Origin: a virus
Taxonomy: Duplodnaviria; Caudoviricetes
Virus record (IMG/VR): IMGVR_UViG_3300028048_001452
Reading direction: 5' to 3' (one strand)
DNA length: 64,000 nucleotides
This document shows, piece by piece, positions 18,681-29,800 of the stretch (its first letter is position 1; each line of letters starts with the position of its first letter). The notes under the pieces are model-generated. The model was given only the letters and a program-made list of their open reading frames with translations. It did not search any database and was not told the origin of the DNA. Made by a program: the position numbers and the translations under genes.

Positions 18681-21600
18681 ATGGAAAATGCTACAATATC
18701 TAATACAGAGTTATATGCAGTAAAAGATAAGTTTGATAATGTATCAAAAGAATTAGAAAAAATCAACAAAAATTATTCTGATTTAATTACAAAAATAATT
18801 AAAAATAATAAATTAGAAGAATTACAAAAAATATTTGATATAATCGAACATTTTAAAAAAGAAAGAAAAGAAATTTTAGAAGTATTATCTAAGCCTTTTT
18901 CTTCAGAAACAGTAACAGTTGCAATGGATAACATTGATAGTTATAGTAAGAATGTTCTTCAAATGTTATCTAAAATGCAGGAAGTTTCTTTTAGTTTTAA
19001 AAATAGTACAGATGAAAGTATACAAAAAATTGTTGATGAATTAAACAATATTAATGTTGAATATTTAAAGAGTGTAAACGAACAAACAAAAATTTTAGAA
19101 GATTTGTTAAACACAGGTGTATCTGAACAACAAAAACAACAAGAAGCACATGAAAACTTCATCAATATTTTATACAAAGTAACTTTAAATATTAAACAAA
19201 GTTACAATGCAGAACAAACAAATAGATTAGTTGATATTATCAATAGCTTAGATGATAAAACACAAGAAATAGGTGCTAGAAATAAATTTGCATCACAAGC
19301 TCGTACTAGATTGACGAATTTAATTAAAAATATTGATAGTGATATAAAATCAAATATTAAGCAACGACCATATAGTGAAGGTTCTAAAAATTTATTAAAC
19401 CAACTTGATTTTATTAGAAAATTAAAATTAAATGATACAGGTAATGTAAAAGATTCAGAAAACATGGGCGAAATTTTAATTAATTTAGCCCAAGTAATGC
19501 AAAAAGATATTGTAGATAAAGGAAACAATTTAGAAAATAATTTAAACTCAACAAATGAATTTTCAGATTATAAAGACATATCATCGTATTTATCAAACGA
19601 AAAATTAGATAAATATATTAATGAAATAACTATATTCACGCAACAAAATACACAAGCAAATAGTGATGATAAAACTATTACAAATATAAGTGAACAAACA
19701 ACACAAATTTTAAAAAATGCTTTATCTGAAAAAAATGAGATTGCTAAAAAATTAGTTGATAAAAGTATTCATCAATTTGTAACTGTATATAATAAGAAAA
19801 AAAATAGTGATGATAAAACAGATTATTATAATTTCCAAATGTTACAAATGCAAGGAGCATTTACAGGACAAATCAACTCTAATTATAATAATTTCCGTTA
19901 TCATAATTTGTATGGTGGCATCTTTTCTAAAGACAAGAATTTAAATCAACTTTATAACAATTATGCAAGAAATACATTATTGTATAATCAAGAAGTAAGT
20001 AAAATTTCAAAAGAAGAAAGTGACTTAGCAGAACAAACAGGAATAGATTCCTCTAAATATTTATTAGAAGATATAAAAAATGATAGATTTTCAAATCCAT
20101 TAAAAAATAATAATGATAGTTTAATTCAATTATCACATGAATTTAATAGGAAAAATTTGCCCAAAGGTAATAAACAAGATATTATATCTGCGAAAGAATT
20201 AAGTTCTGTTATTGGAGAAGCTATTCATCGTACTTATCAACAAATTTATAGCAAGTCTCGTTTTGACCCTGATTCTAAATTGTTGAAAGCATTATATCAA
20301 CAAGCAAAACAATTAGAAGAAGAAAAACAAGATTTAGATGATAGTATTAAAAACGCAGAATTAAAGAAACAACATGATTTATTTAAAAATATAAAAAGTG
20401 TTAAAGGATTTTTTACAAAAGCCTTGGCTATGATGGGATTGGGTGGATTATTTTCATTTCATAAATGGTTTGATATGGTAAAAGACCGTGCAAATGAAAA
20501 TGGTCAAATGATGTATTCAAATTATTTGGCAAATGCTTCTATGGGAGCACCTATGTCTCAAAATGCTCATGATTTAGTATTTAATATGGGACAAGAATTA
20601 TTTGAAAAATCATATGGACAAATTGGATTTAATGTTCCATCAACAATGTATCAAAATTTAGCTAGTTCTGTAATGAATCAACCAGGTAGAACAGGTGCAG
20701 ATAAAGCGTCTGATATAATGGCTTTTACAAAAGCACTTGTATTACCATCACAAATATATGGTTTGGATAACGGTACAATAGCAAGTGGAATCAATGCCTT
20801 TTATTATCAAAATCGTATGTCTACAAAACAAACCATTGATATGATGATGCAAGTAATTGGTGATGCAAATAAGGCTCAAATACCTGTTAATAGATATATG
20901 GGACAAATATCACAATTGGTTAATCACTATCGTCAATTAGGATATAGTGGTAAACAAGTTGTAGATAATATGGGTTCTTTAATTGCAGATGGATATCGTA
21001 TGGAGGATTCTGCTTCATTTGTTGGTCAAGTTATAGGTGCGCAAGGAAACTTTTCTCAAAATAAATATAATTCTATATTTTCTGTTTTGGGCGGTGGAGC
21101 TGCGAACATGTGGCAAGGTATGTTCGCAAATTTAAAAACCCATGATAGATATGGTAATCCATACGCAGATAGACAACATTATATAGGTTCACAAATGTAT
21201 TCTCGTGTACGTATGGTTACAGATATGTTTGATAACCCTGTGATGAAACAATTTGGTGTTCATGCAGCTGCTAGTATGATTGGCGGTATGAACATGAAAG
21301 AAACGCAGGTATTAATGAACGATGTAGAAAATGGAAATTATGATAAATTAGCAGAACACTTAGAAGGTTCAAAAAATGATGAATTAGCAAAAAATAAAAA
21401 AGCTACAAACGCAACCAAAGATTTTACAAAACAGTTAGAACAAGCATCAAATCAATTATCTGAAGTAGATAAAAATAAATCTATGATGTTGGCTTCTGCT
21501 AATAAATTATCTGATTTATTGGTTGGCAATAATGAAGGTATGCAACAATTTGAAAATATAATTGTAGAAGGAATTAAGTTAATTACAAATGCTATGGCAA

Positions 21601-24600
21601 GTTTACTTGCATTAATTCCTGAAATTAAAAAATTTATTGAAGAATCTCCAACGTTAACAAAAGCATTAACGTTTGCTTCTCAAAATCCTTTAACTGCATT
21701 AGCATTAGCAGGATTAGGATTAGGTGGTATAAAAGCATTTGGTAAATTTACAGGTAAAAAAGTATTTGAATATGCAAAAAATAAATTAGGACATCATAAT
21801 GATGTAGACCATGAACAATTAGCAGAAGAAAATGTAAAACAACAAGTAGAATCTGAAAAACCAAAAACAGAATTGAAAAATGGAAAAGGATTTTTTGGCA
21901 ATTTAAAAAGTGGATTAAATAAATTAAAACCATCAAGGAAAACATTATCTTCTATTGGAAAAGGATTAAAAGGATTTCGTGGAGGTGGGATGTTAGGAAG
22001 CATTTTAACTGCCGGTGCAATTGCAGGGACAATGTTATTAGGTTCTAAAAACGTTTCTGCCAATGCTTCAAATAATGAGGATAATGCAAAGCAACAAGAA
22101 GAACAAGACGATGAACAAAGTATCAATAGTATGTATACAATGTTTAAGACTGGTAATGCAAAAGTCACTTTTTATAATAAAGACGGTAAATTAATTGATA
22201 TTACAGGTAAAAATCAATTAGATAGTCTATTAATGCAATATGGAACAAATTTGTTTGGAGTTACAATAGCTACGATTGGAATTTCTTCGATTGGAAAATT
22301 AGCATATGATAAATATAAACAGATAAAAGATTTAAAAATGCCAAAATTCCCGAATGTAAAAATGCCAAAAGAATTATCAGAAAAAGATTTACCAAAAGTT
22401 GATAAATTAGCAAATCCACAAGAAACAAGAGCTGGTATGTCAACAATGGATGCAGTATTAACTGCCATTGGATTAAAATCAGAAATGGGTAATACCAAGA
22501 CAAAAAGTAAGAACAAAACAAAAACATCTGGTAAAGAGGAAAAACTGCCGAAAAAAAGTGGGGGTGCTTTATCAAAGTTATTAAATAGATTGATGTACAT
22601 TGGCGCATTTGCAGGAGAGGTTTTATCTGATGATGATAGGTCATTTGGACAAAAAGCAGTAGCAGGTGGAATAGAAGCAGGTTCTATGTGGGCAACATTT
22701 AAATTATTGGATAAAACTGTTGGAAAAATACCAATTATTGGTAAACCGTTAGCATTTTTATTGGCTGGAACTAACTATTTGTCAATGGTATCAGAAAAAT
22801 TAAAAGCCTTGGCTGGTGTTCAAGCAAAATATAAAGAAGGAAATGAAGAATTTCTTGATAAAATGAATGACCAAACAGGATTGACAGGTGCTAGTTTTGA
22901 ACAATTAATTAATTCTGAAACAACACAAGGAGAATATTTTAGGTCATATTTAGAAGCAAATGGAATAGAATATGGTGATTTAAATGAACAAGAAAAACAA
23001 TTTTTTAAATTACAGATAGATGAATTGGCATTTTCTCAACATGGTGTTGCAAAGGTATTAGCTTATGCAATACATGCATTACAAGTTGCAAGGACAACAG
23101 GTAATTTTAATTTAAATGGGAATGAAAATGGAAATAAGCAATTAACAGAAAAAGGAAAAGAATATATTAAAAATCAGCTTGAAGCATTTTTCCCTGGCGA
23201 TGATAATGAAATTACAAATCTTGATATGGCGATTCATACATATGTTTATACACAAGATTATGTTAATGAACATGAAAGTGAATTTGATTATGATAAAAAA
23301 AGTGCCGCTTATGCAACATTACGTTATTTAAAACATCGTATTGTTGAATTGAATGGCGGTGAACCATATGAACTCACAGATGAAGATAATGTTGGATTGT
23401 TAGGCGAAAAATCATATATAGTTAATGACCCATATGATAATCCTCTAGGTCGTTCTGGAAGCAGTGAAGAATTTACTGAAAAATTATCTAATCTAGCAGG
23501 TTATATTGGATATATCCCTGCCGAAGAAATTAAGGAAGGTATTGGAAATACTGCTGAAGAAGATGAAGAAATAGCTAAAAGCGCAGGTTTTTATGGCGCG
23601 GCTATGGGAAATTATGAAGATAGTTTAACGAAACAATTAATTAATGATAATAATCCAGAATATGTAGAAAATAAGTCAATTCAACAAAATTCAGCTCCAA
23701 ATGTTTCAAATACTGGAGCATATGCAAGTATGGCAGAACAAGCTAAAATGATTTCTCAATTAACTGGTTTACCAGCAGATGTAATATTTGCGCAATTAGC
23801 ATTTGAAACGGGTCAAAATCCATCTGATATGGCATATTCTGATAAAATTCATAATTATGGTGGGACTATTGTTGATATGGGGCATGGAAAAAATGATAGT
23901 GGATTTGGTATTTATGTAAACAATCAAGAGGGCGCAGAAGCATATGTAAAAGGTACAGTCCCAGTTAGAGAACAATTACCACAATTAAAGGAAGCAATCG
24001 CACAAGGCGATTTGAAAAAATATGTACATTTATTAAAATATGGTATGGAAGAGTCTGGTAAAGGAAATTATCAATATTTTACTGGCGATGAAAATGAATA
24101 TTTAAATGGTATAATGTCTTATTTATCATTAGCTCATAAATTAGGATTGAATGGTGTAACACCTAATGGTACATTTGATTTTTCAAATTATACTCCTAGA
24201 ACTTTAAAAGAACAAGCAGAGGAAAATTTACGTAAATATAAAGTTGCAGTTGGTAATGGTAAAGAGATGCAAGGCGCTATAATTAATGGATTATATATTG
24301 ATACAAATAGACCTTTTCAATCTGTAGAAACTATAGGTGCTAAATTACGTGCTTCATTTTTAGATGGTTCTTATGATAATGACCCAAATAAAGTATATCA
24401 AGAAATGGAAGCAATTAATAAAAATAATATTAAAAAAATGGTAGAAAGCACCACACAACAAATTAAACAAACACAAGAACAACAAAAAGCATTACAACAA
24501 AGTGCGCAACAAACAGTTGAAATGCAAAATAAGCAAAAGCAAGCAGAACAAACAAATGTATGTTCGTTGAATGTTATGGGACAATTAAAACAAGGAATTA

Positions 24601-24701
24601 AAGAAACAGATGTGTTAGAAACAATTACCAAAATAGCACAAAAATATGGTGTTACAACAGATGTAAAAGCACAAGATGTAGTATTACCTTCAATGGCTTA
24701 A
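18681..24701 (+). CDS. Tape-measure-like protein 3 (~2006 aa) with GH73 glucosaminidase-like domain
   Basis: Shared TMP core; TGLPADVIFAQLAFETG..HNYGG..YFTGDENEY (~23720-24130); ATG 18681 with GGTGA RBS. Confidence 0.75.
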   Translation: MENATISNTELYAVKDKFDNVSKELEKINKNYSDLITKIIKNNKLEELQKIFDIIEHFKKERKEILEVLSKPFSSETVTVAMDNIDSYSKNVLQMLSKMQEVSFSFKNSTDESIQKIVDELNNINVEYLKSVNEQTKILEDLLNTGVSEQQKQQEAHENFINILYKVTLNIKQSYNAEQTNRLVDIINSLDDKTQEIGARNKFASQARTRLTNLIKNIDSDIKSNIKQRPYSEGSKNLLNQLDFIRKLKLNDTGNVKDSENMGEILINLAQVMQKDIVDKGNNLENNLNSTNEFSDYKDISSYLSNEKLDKYINEITIFTQQNTQANSDDKTITNISEQTTQILKNALSEKNEIAKKLVDKSIHQFVTVYNKKKNSDDKTDYYNFQMLQMQGAFTGQINSNYNNFRYHNLYGGIFSKDKNLNQLYNNYARNTLLYNQEVSKISKEESDLAEQTGIDSSKYLLEDIKNDRFSNPLKNNNDSLIQLSHEFNRKNLPKGNKQDIISAKELSSVIGEAIHRTYQQIYSKSRFDPDSKLLKALYQQAKQLEEEKQDLDDSIKNAELKKQHDLFKNIKSVKGFFTKALAMMGLGGLFSFHKWFDMVKDRANENGQMMYSNYLANASMGAPMSQNAHDLVFNMGQELFEKSYGQIGFNVPSTMYQNLASSVMNQPGRTGADKASDIMAFTKALVLPSQIYGLDNGTIASGINAFYYQNRMSTKQTIDMMMQVIGDANKAQIPVNRYMGQISQLVNHYRQLGYSGKQVVDNMGSLIADGYRMEDSASFVGQVIGAQGNFSQNKYNSIFSVLGGGAANMWQGMFANLKTHDRYGNPYADRQHYIGSQMYSRVRMVTDMFDNPVMKQFGVHAAASMIGGMNMKETQVLMNDVENGNYDKLAEHLEGSKNDELAKNKKATNATKDFTKQLEQASNQLSEVDKNKSMMLASANKLSDLLVGNNEGMQQFENIIVEGIKLITNAMASLLALIPEIKKFIEESPTLTKALTFASQNPLTALALAGLGLGGIKAFGKFTGKKVFEYAKNKLGHHNDVDHEQLAEENVKQQVESEKPKTELKNGKGFFGNLKSGLNKLKPSRKTLSSIGKGLKGFRGGGMLGSILTAGAIAGTMLLGSKNVSANASNNEDNAKQQEEQDDEQSINSMYTMFKTGNAKVTFYNKDGKLIDITGKNQLDSLLMQYGTNLFGVTIATIGISSIGKLAYDKYKQIKDLKMPKFPNVKMPKELSEKDLPKVDKLANPQETRAGMSTMDAVLTAIGLKSEMGNTKTKSKNKTKTSGKEEKLPKKSGGALSKLLNRLMYIGAFAGEVLSDDDRSFGQKAVAGGIEAGSMWATFKLLDKTVGKIPIIGKPLAFLLAGTNYLSMVSEKLKALAGVQAKYKEGNEEFLDKMNDQTGLTGASFEQLINSETTQGEYFRSYLEANGIEYGDLNEQEKQFFKLQIDELAFSQHGVAKVLAYAIHALQVARTTGNFNLNGNENGNKQLTEKGKEYIKNQLEAFFPGDDNEITNLDMAIHTYVYTQDYVNEHESEFDYDKKSAAYATLRYLKHRIVELNGGEPYELTDEDNVGLLGEKSYIVNDPYDNPLGRSGSSEEFTEKLSNLAGYIGYIPAEEIKEGIGNTAEEDEEIAKSAGFYGAAMGNYEDSLTKQLINDNNPEYVENKSIQQNSAPNVSNTGAYASMAEQAKMISQLTGLPADVIFAQLAFETGQNPSDMAYSDKIHNYGGTIVDMGHGKNDSGFGIYVNNQEGAEAYVKGTVPVREQLPQLKEAIAQGDLKKYVHLLKYGMEESGKGNYQYFTGDENEYLNGIMSYLSLAHKLGLNGVTPNGTFDFSNYTPRTLKEQAEENLRKYKVAVGNGKEMQGAIINGLYIDTNRPFQSVETIGAKLRASFLDGSYDNDPNKVYQEMEAINKNNIKKMVESTTQQIKQTQEQQKALQQSAQQTVEMQNKQKQAEQTNVCSLNVMGQLKQGIKETDVLETITKIAQKYGVTTDVKAQDVVLPSMA

Positions 24702-24725
24702 TGTTATTATTGGAATGTAATATTT

Positions 24726-24746
24726 TATGTTTTTATTAGAAGATAA
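24726..24746 (+). promoter_or_regulatory. Candidate late-promoter motif
   Basis: TATGTTTTTATTAGAAGATAA. Confidence 0.45.
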
Positions 24747-24764
24747 AACGGTGGTGAATTATAT

Positions 24765-26825
24765 ATGGCAGATAAATATTCCGTTGGTGGTGGATTTGGT
24801 GGAGGTTTACAACAAAATTCCTCTAGTGGCAATTCATCATCAGCTTCAACAGATTCAACAGGTTCACATAAACAATCTCAAAATTCTACTGTTATGAAAA
24901 CTGTTGGAACGGCAGTTTTAGGTGGATTATTGGGTAAAATGTTTAGTAAAGTAACAGGAGAAAATAAACAAAAAGACTATAGTATGGAAGGTGCTCCAAT
25001 AGATATACCTGGTACTTTGATGGGCAATTTAAAAAATGTACAAGGAACAAAACAATATTTAGATAATTTTGCTCGTTACAATAATTATTTAACGTGTAAT
25101 TTGGGTATGGCTCAAATGGCTTCTGATAGATATATGTCTATTAAGGAACGTATACCTATGTCTTTTGAATACTATGAGAATCCTAAAACGAAAAAAGAAG
25201 TCGTTATGTATATTAATCCTGAAAACATGACGATAAGTACTTCAAAAGTAAAGCAAAAAGTTTATACTCGTGGTGGAATATATTTTCACCATTATGGTGA
25301 TGATGTTTGGAGTATGAAGATTTCAGGTACAGTAGGATATGCACAAATGCGTGGTATAGAAGCATTGGAAGAAATATATTTCCATTCAGGGGCTTTATTA
25401 AAATATAATAATATTGCAGTAGATACTGTACATACAAACAAAATTACGTCTTATACAGGTGCTTCTGATGCGACTATTGCAAACAGATTAGAAGAATTAC
25501 GTAGTTCTGGTCCAATTGGTAATTATTTAGCAAAAGTAATTGGTACAGGAACAGATGCATTAGGATATACAAAAGGTAAAGATGGGAAAACTGATAATAG
25601 TTTAGTTACAAAATTTGGTAAAAATGGTGGAATATTAGGTAAAATATTTGGCGGTAAATCTAGTGAAAAAAGTGGAGGAAATTTATTTAAGGCTTTAGCT
25701 GGTGCTAGTGGTAATTTACAAAATGATATAAATAACCGCAATAAACGTACTAAAGCAGGTGGTGTTTCTCGTAAAGAAGTGCAAACACTTATGGCTGCTG
25801 GTGCATTAATTACAGGTTATCCAACCGCTGCAAAAGCAGGATATAATGCCTTATTTAAAAATTTAAAACAAACAATGGGAGGATTTACTAGCGGAAATAT
25901 TTTAGGTGCTATGGCTGCTGATATGCAACAAACAATGAGTAGTGGGAAAACTAGCACAGATAATATGAAAGATTTAATGAATTCGCTCAATGATGGTACA
26001 AAAGATTTTTTCCAAGGTACATTGGATATTTTAACAGGACATCAATCAGATGGAACAGGTTCTAGTAATATAACTGCGCCTTCTTCTGCTATTAATGGTA
26101 ATTATTATTCTTTTGATATAAATTCTCGTATGGATTTAAATAATGTTGTTAAATCTGTTGCTTCATTTGGAGCAGACCATACAATAGATAAAAAACAAGC
26201 ATTTAATGAATATAAAGATTTAGAAGGAGACTTGACTGATTTATATCGCCCACGTCAAATTATTATGTATTTTGATGATAGAGTATATATTGGTCATTTT
26301 GATAGTTTTAATTATAGTAGAAAAGCAACAACACCATTAATTTATTATGATATGCAATTAACAATTACACGCCAAATTAGAATTACTCCAAAACAAAGTA
26401 AAAAACAAAACAAAAAATCTCTTGCGGAAATGTTAGGTATGATGGTTGCAGGAGAAGTTTTTGGTGGATATGGTAATGGTTCTAGCGAAGGAACTGCAAC
26501 AAAAGATAATGATAACAAAAAAACAAATAATAATAAAAAACAAGAAACTACAAAACAAGAAGTTACTGAAAAACCATATATTATTGATAAGGCTTTGGAT
26601 TTGGAATATAGAGCACAAGAGGCATATAGAATGGGCAATACATCACAAGGAAATGTTTTACATGATATGGCGCATGAAGAATATATGTTAGACCCAAATG
26701 TTGTTGGTAATTTAAATTATACCAAGAACAATGTTGATACTGCGGATAAAGCACTTGATACTGCATATAGGGCAAAATATGGTAATAGAGATTATGACTT
26801 ACATAAAAGGTATGTAAATCCGTAA
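24765..26825 (+). CDS. Tail tube initiator / baseplate protein with a large insertion
   Basis: MYINPENMTIS..TRGG..ISGT and YIGHFDSFNYS..YDMQLTI halves separated by a Gly-rich insert; follows the TMPs. Confidence 0.55.
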   Translation: MADKYSVGGGFGGGLQQNSSSGNSSSASTDSTGSHKQSQNSTVMKTVGTAVLGGLLGKMFSKVTGENKQKDYSMEGAPIDIPGTLMGNLKNVQGTKQYLDNFARYNNYLTCNLGMAQMASDRYMSIKERIPMSFEYYENPKTKKEVVMYINPENMTISTSKVKQKVYTRGGIYFHHYGDDVWSMKISGTVGYAQMRGIEALEEIYFHSGALLKYNNIAVDTVHTNKITSYTGASDATIANRLEELRSSGPIGNYLAKVIGTGTDALGYTKGKDGKTDNSLVTKFGKNGGILGKIFGGKSSEKSGGNLFKALAGASGNLQNDINNRNKRTKAGGVSRKEVQTLMAAGALITGYPTAAKAGYNALFKNLKQTMGGFTSGNILGAMAADMQQTMSSGKTSTDNMKDLMNSLNDGTKDFFQGTLDILTGHQSDGTGSSNITAPSSAINGNYYSFDINSRMDLNNVVKSVASFGADHTIDKKQAFNEYKDLEGDLTDLYRPRQIIMYFDDRVYIGHFDSFNYSRKATTPLIYYDMQLTITRQIRITPKQSKKQNKKSLAEMLGMMVAGEVFGGYGNGSSEGTATKDNDNKKTNNNKKQETTKQEVTEKPYIIDKALDLEYRAQEAYRMGNTSQGNVLHDMAHEEYMLDPNVVGNLNYTKNNVDTADKALDTAYRAKYGNRDYDLHKRYVNP

Positions 26826-26852
26826 CAATTAAAAATAGAAAGGAGTAATTTT

Positions 26853-29800
26853 ATGTCTAGTGATAATCAAAAAACAAATAAAAGTGATTTTGATAATACA
26901 AAAAATTCTATGGCATTCAATGCTGCTACTACACATGGAACATATGATACAGGTACATATTATACCAACGGTAATATGGAAATGAATGTTGGTCAAGATA
27001 TTCTTGACGGTTCTACATTTAGAAAATATGAACATCAAGACCGTTTGGTAGGAACGCAATTACAATATCGTAATAGTGGAAATCTAAAAGTAATTAATTT
27101 TAAGCAAGATTACGTTGTTTTAATTCGTAAAAAATTATTTTATGCTGCAAATGCGAACATGATGGTTAAAGATGGAGCTACAATGACAGACGGAAACTAT
27201 GTTCGTAGTTATAAGTTGGATAATTGGACAAGTATTAGAACTAATATAAGTATAGCTGGTACACCAGGTAATTGTCAAATAGATTTAAAAGGTGGAGAAA
27301 GAGTTCTTTGTTGGGAAGAAATGTCTATTGACAATCAAGGTGTTCCAAAAGTTACCGAAACTTATAATGGTATGGTAAGTGATGAATGGCCAGATAATAA
27401 CGCACAAGTTCGTGATGCTAATAACGATATTTTAAATACACCAAATATTAAAGATACCGCAACTGTAGGCAAAAATATTAATAATGCTAGTAATGCAGAA
27501 CAAGCCAAAGCAATTCAAGATGTTGCTGATAAAGCTAATAAATTAGATTGTGATGTAGAAGAACGAGAATTAAATGATGATTATAATTGGAGTGCTACAA
27601 AATCAGAAGATGGACAATTTAGAATAATTACCATTAAAAGTAAGAAAGCTGATGAAAACGGTAAAATAGGAGAAAAAACAATTAAATTACCTATTGGAAA
27701 AACAAAATCACCTAATGGATTAGGTGGAGACGTTATATTAAATAATTTACATAATGGATATAAAATTGCAGAAAAATGTGACTGGGAACCTATGGATGAA
27801 GTATGGGTATATGGTAAATCTAATTTTGAACGTGATGGTAGTGGAGATTTTAAAATGAACCAAATATTTTTTGGTTACATTGATACAGTTTCTAAATCTT
27901 ATCAAAGTGGCAAAACAAACGGTTGTACTATTAGCATTACTGCTACAGACCAATTAAAAATATTAGATTTATCTTATTTAACTATGAATCCATCAATGAC
28001 ACCTGGTGCGAGTGGCGCAGGTGGGCTAGATTTGCGTTTTTCTAATCAGGATGTAAAACATTTCGGTACGTTTGAATTATTTAATCCTTTTGCCGTTACA
28101 CAAATGATAGGATTAAATTGTGATGCTAATACTGCGTCTGAAGCACAAAAACAAGTTTTACGTAGTGCATGGAGATATTTTACATTAAATAATATTTTTG
28201 CAGGTAAACCTGTACATGAAATTATTAAAGAGTTATGTTTAGATGCAGGTGTACCACCTTGGTATTTAAAGAAACGTATTGAACCAATTATGTTTCCTCC
28301 ATTTACATATTCGTTTAAACAATCCAATTCGCAAATGTTATTTAATGCTTCTATGATGAAACGTTTGGCAGAATGTCAATCTGCTGCAAAAAAATTAATG
28401 TTAGAGTTTTTTGCAGACGAAGAAGGAAACATTGTATTAAAATGCCCTAATTATGCTTTAGGTGTTAATTCAAAACCTGCAAATAATATGGGATTATCTG
28501 ATTCTTGTTCTATGATTAATAATATTGATATAGACAAAATTGCTCCTTATTATGCAGTTTCTAATGGTGGAGCATATACAGAAGAAATATTAAAAGATAT
28601 GCCACCTGAAAAAAAGAAAGAAGCTCAAGAATTATTAAATTCTCATAATGCACAACTAGTACAGCAATATTTTAATACTAAAGCACAAGAAGAAATATAT
28701 TCTTTATCTAAAGGTAAAACTTATGCAGAAAGACAAAAAGATACAAATAGTATGTTAGAAACTATGGATAATAGTTTAAATACAAATGAAATACGCAATT
28801 TAAATACATTAAACAAACAACTTTCTTCTTTTAACAATTCATCATATGGCAATTCAGGAAATTATGTGCAATATACTGTTAAATCTCCTGATACTTTTAC
28901 AAGCATTGCAAATGAAGTTTTAGGAAATCCTGATGGTTGGGCAGATATGTATAATCAAGCGAAAGCACAATATCCTGAAATTAAAAATCAAGACGATTGT
29001 CAAGCAATTTATGGAAAAACTATAATGATTGACAAAAATCGTCTATATGCTTCTAATAATGGTATTGTTGATGGTTCAGATGCATTATTAGCTAAAAATA
29101 AATTTAAAGAAAAATATGGTGATGATGAATCTACATGGTTGGCAAAAGCGCAAGCAGAAGATGATGCTAATATAGCTAAAGCAAAACAAATGTTGGGTGG
29201 AAAAAGTGCATTATATGAAACAAAAGTTAGACAACAATATTCTGATACATTATCAGAAAGAACGGATGCATTAATTCCTGAAATTCCACAAGAATATATT
29301 ACAAGTTTCCAACTAACCGATACAGATAAAAATATTTACAATATGTATGAAATTAATATTGAAGGAGACTTCGGTGTATTTGATAAAGGTGGTCCACTCC
29401 AAAAAATATCTCGCGTATTTCCTGATATAGCTTCTATGATAAGGTTTGGTTGTAGACCTGCCCCCGGTGCCATCAGTTTTCCTTATATGGGTAATAGAGA
29501 AAATGCACATATGTTAGGATTTATGATGTGTGCAAAATCATTAGCACAACGTAATTGCGGTTCTTTAAGTATGATTGAAGATTCATTTATTAAGGTAGGA
29601 AATCCAATTCGTTTTTTTGCTTATGATGAACATCCAGATATTCCTTTATCTGAACAAAAAGGCGATGCAGGACAAGATAATTCTGTATTAAATGAAATGT
29701 CTGCAAAAAAAGAGCCAGGTCTTTCTTCGGATAAATCATTAGAGGTTACAGAAAAAGAACATTATGCAGGTTTGCAACAAGAATTTGATAGAGAAAAAGA

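Noticed and set aside
6375-24701. TMP triplication as an assembly artefact or polymorphic-toxin array
   Set aside because: Paralogs are highly diverged at the DNA level; no immunity genes; context is chaperone-TMP-hub-spike-wedge
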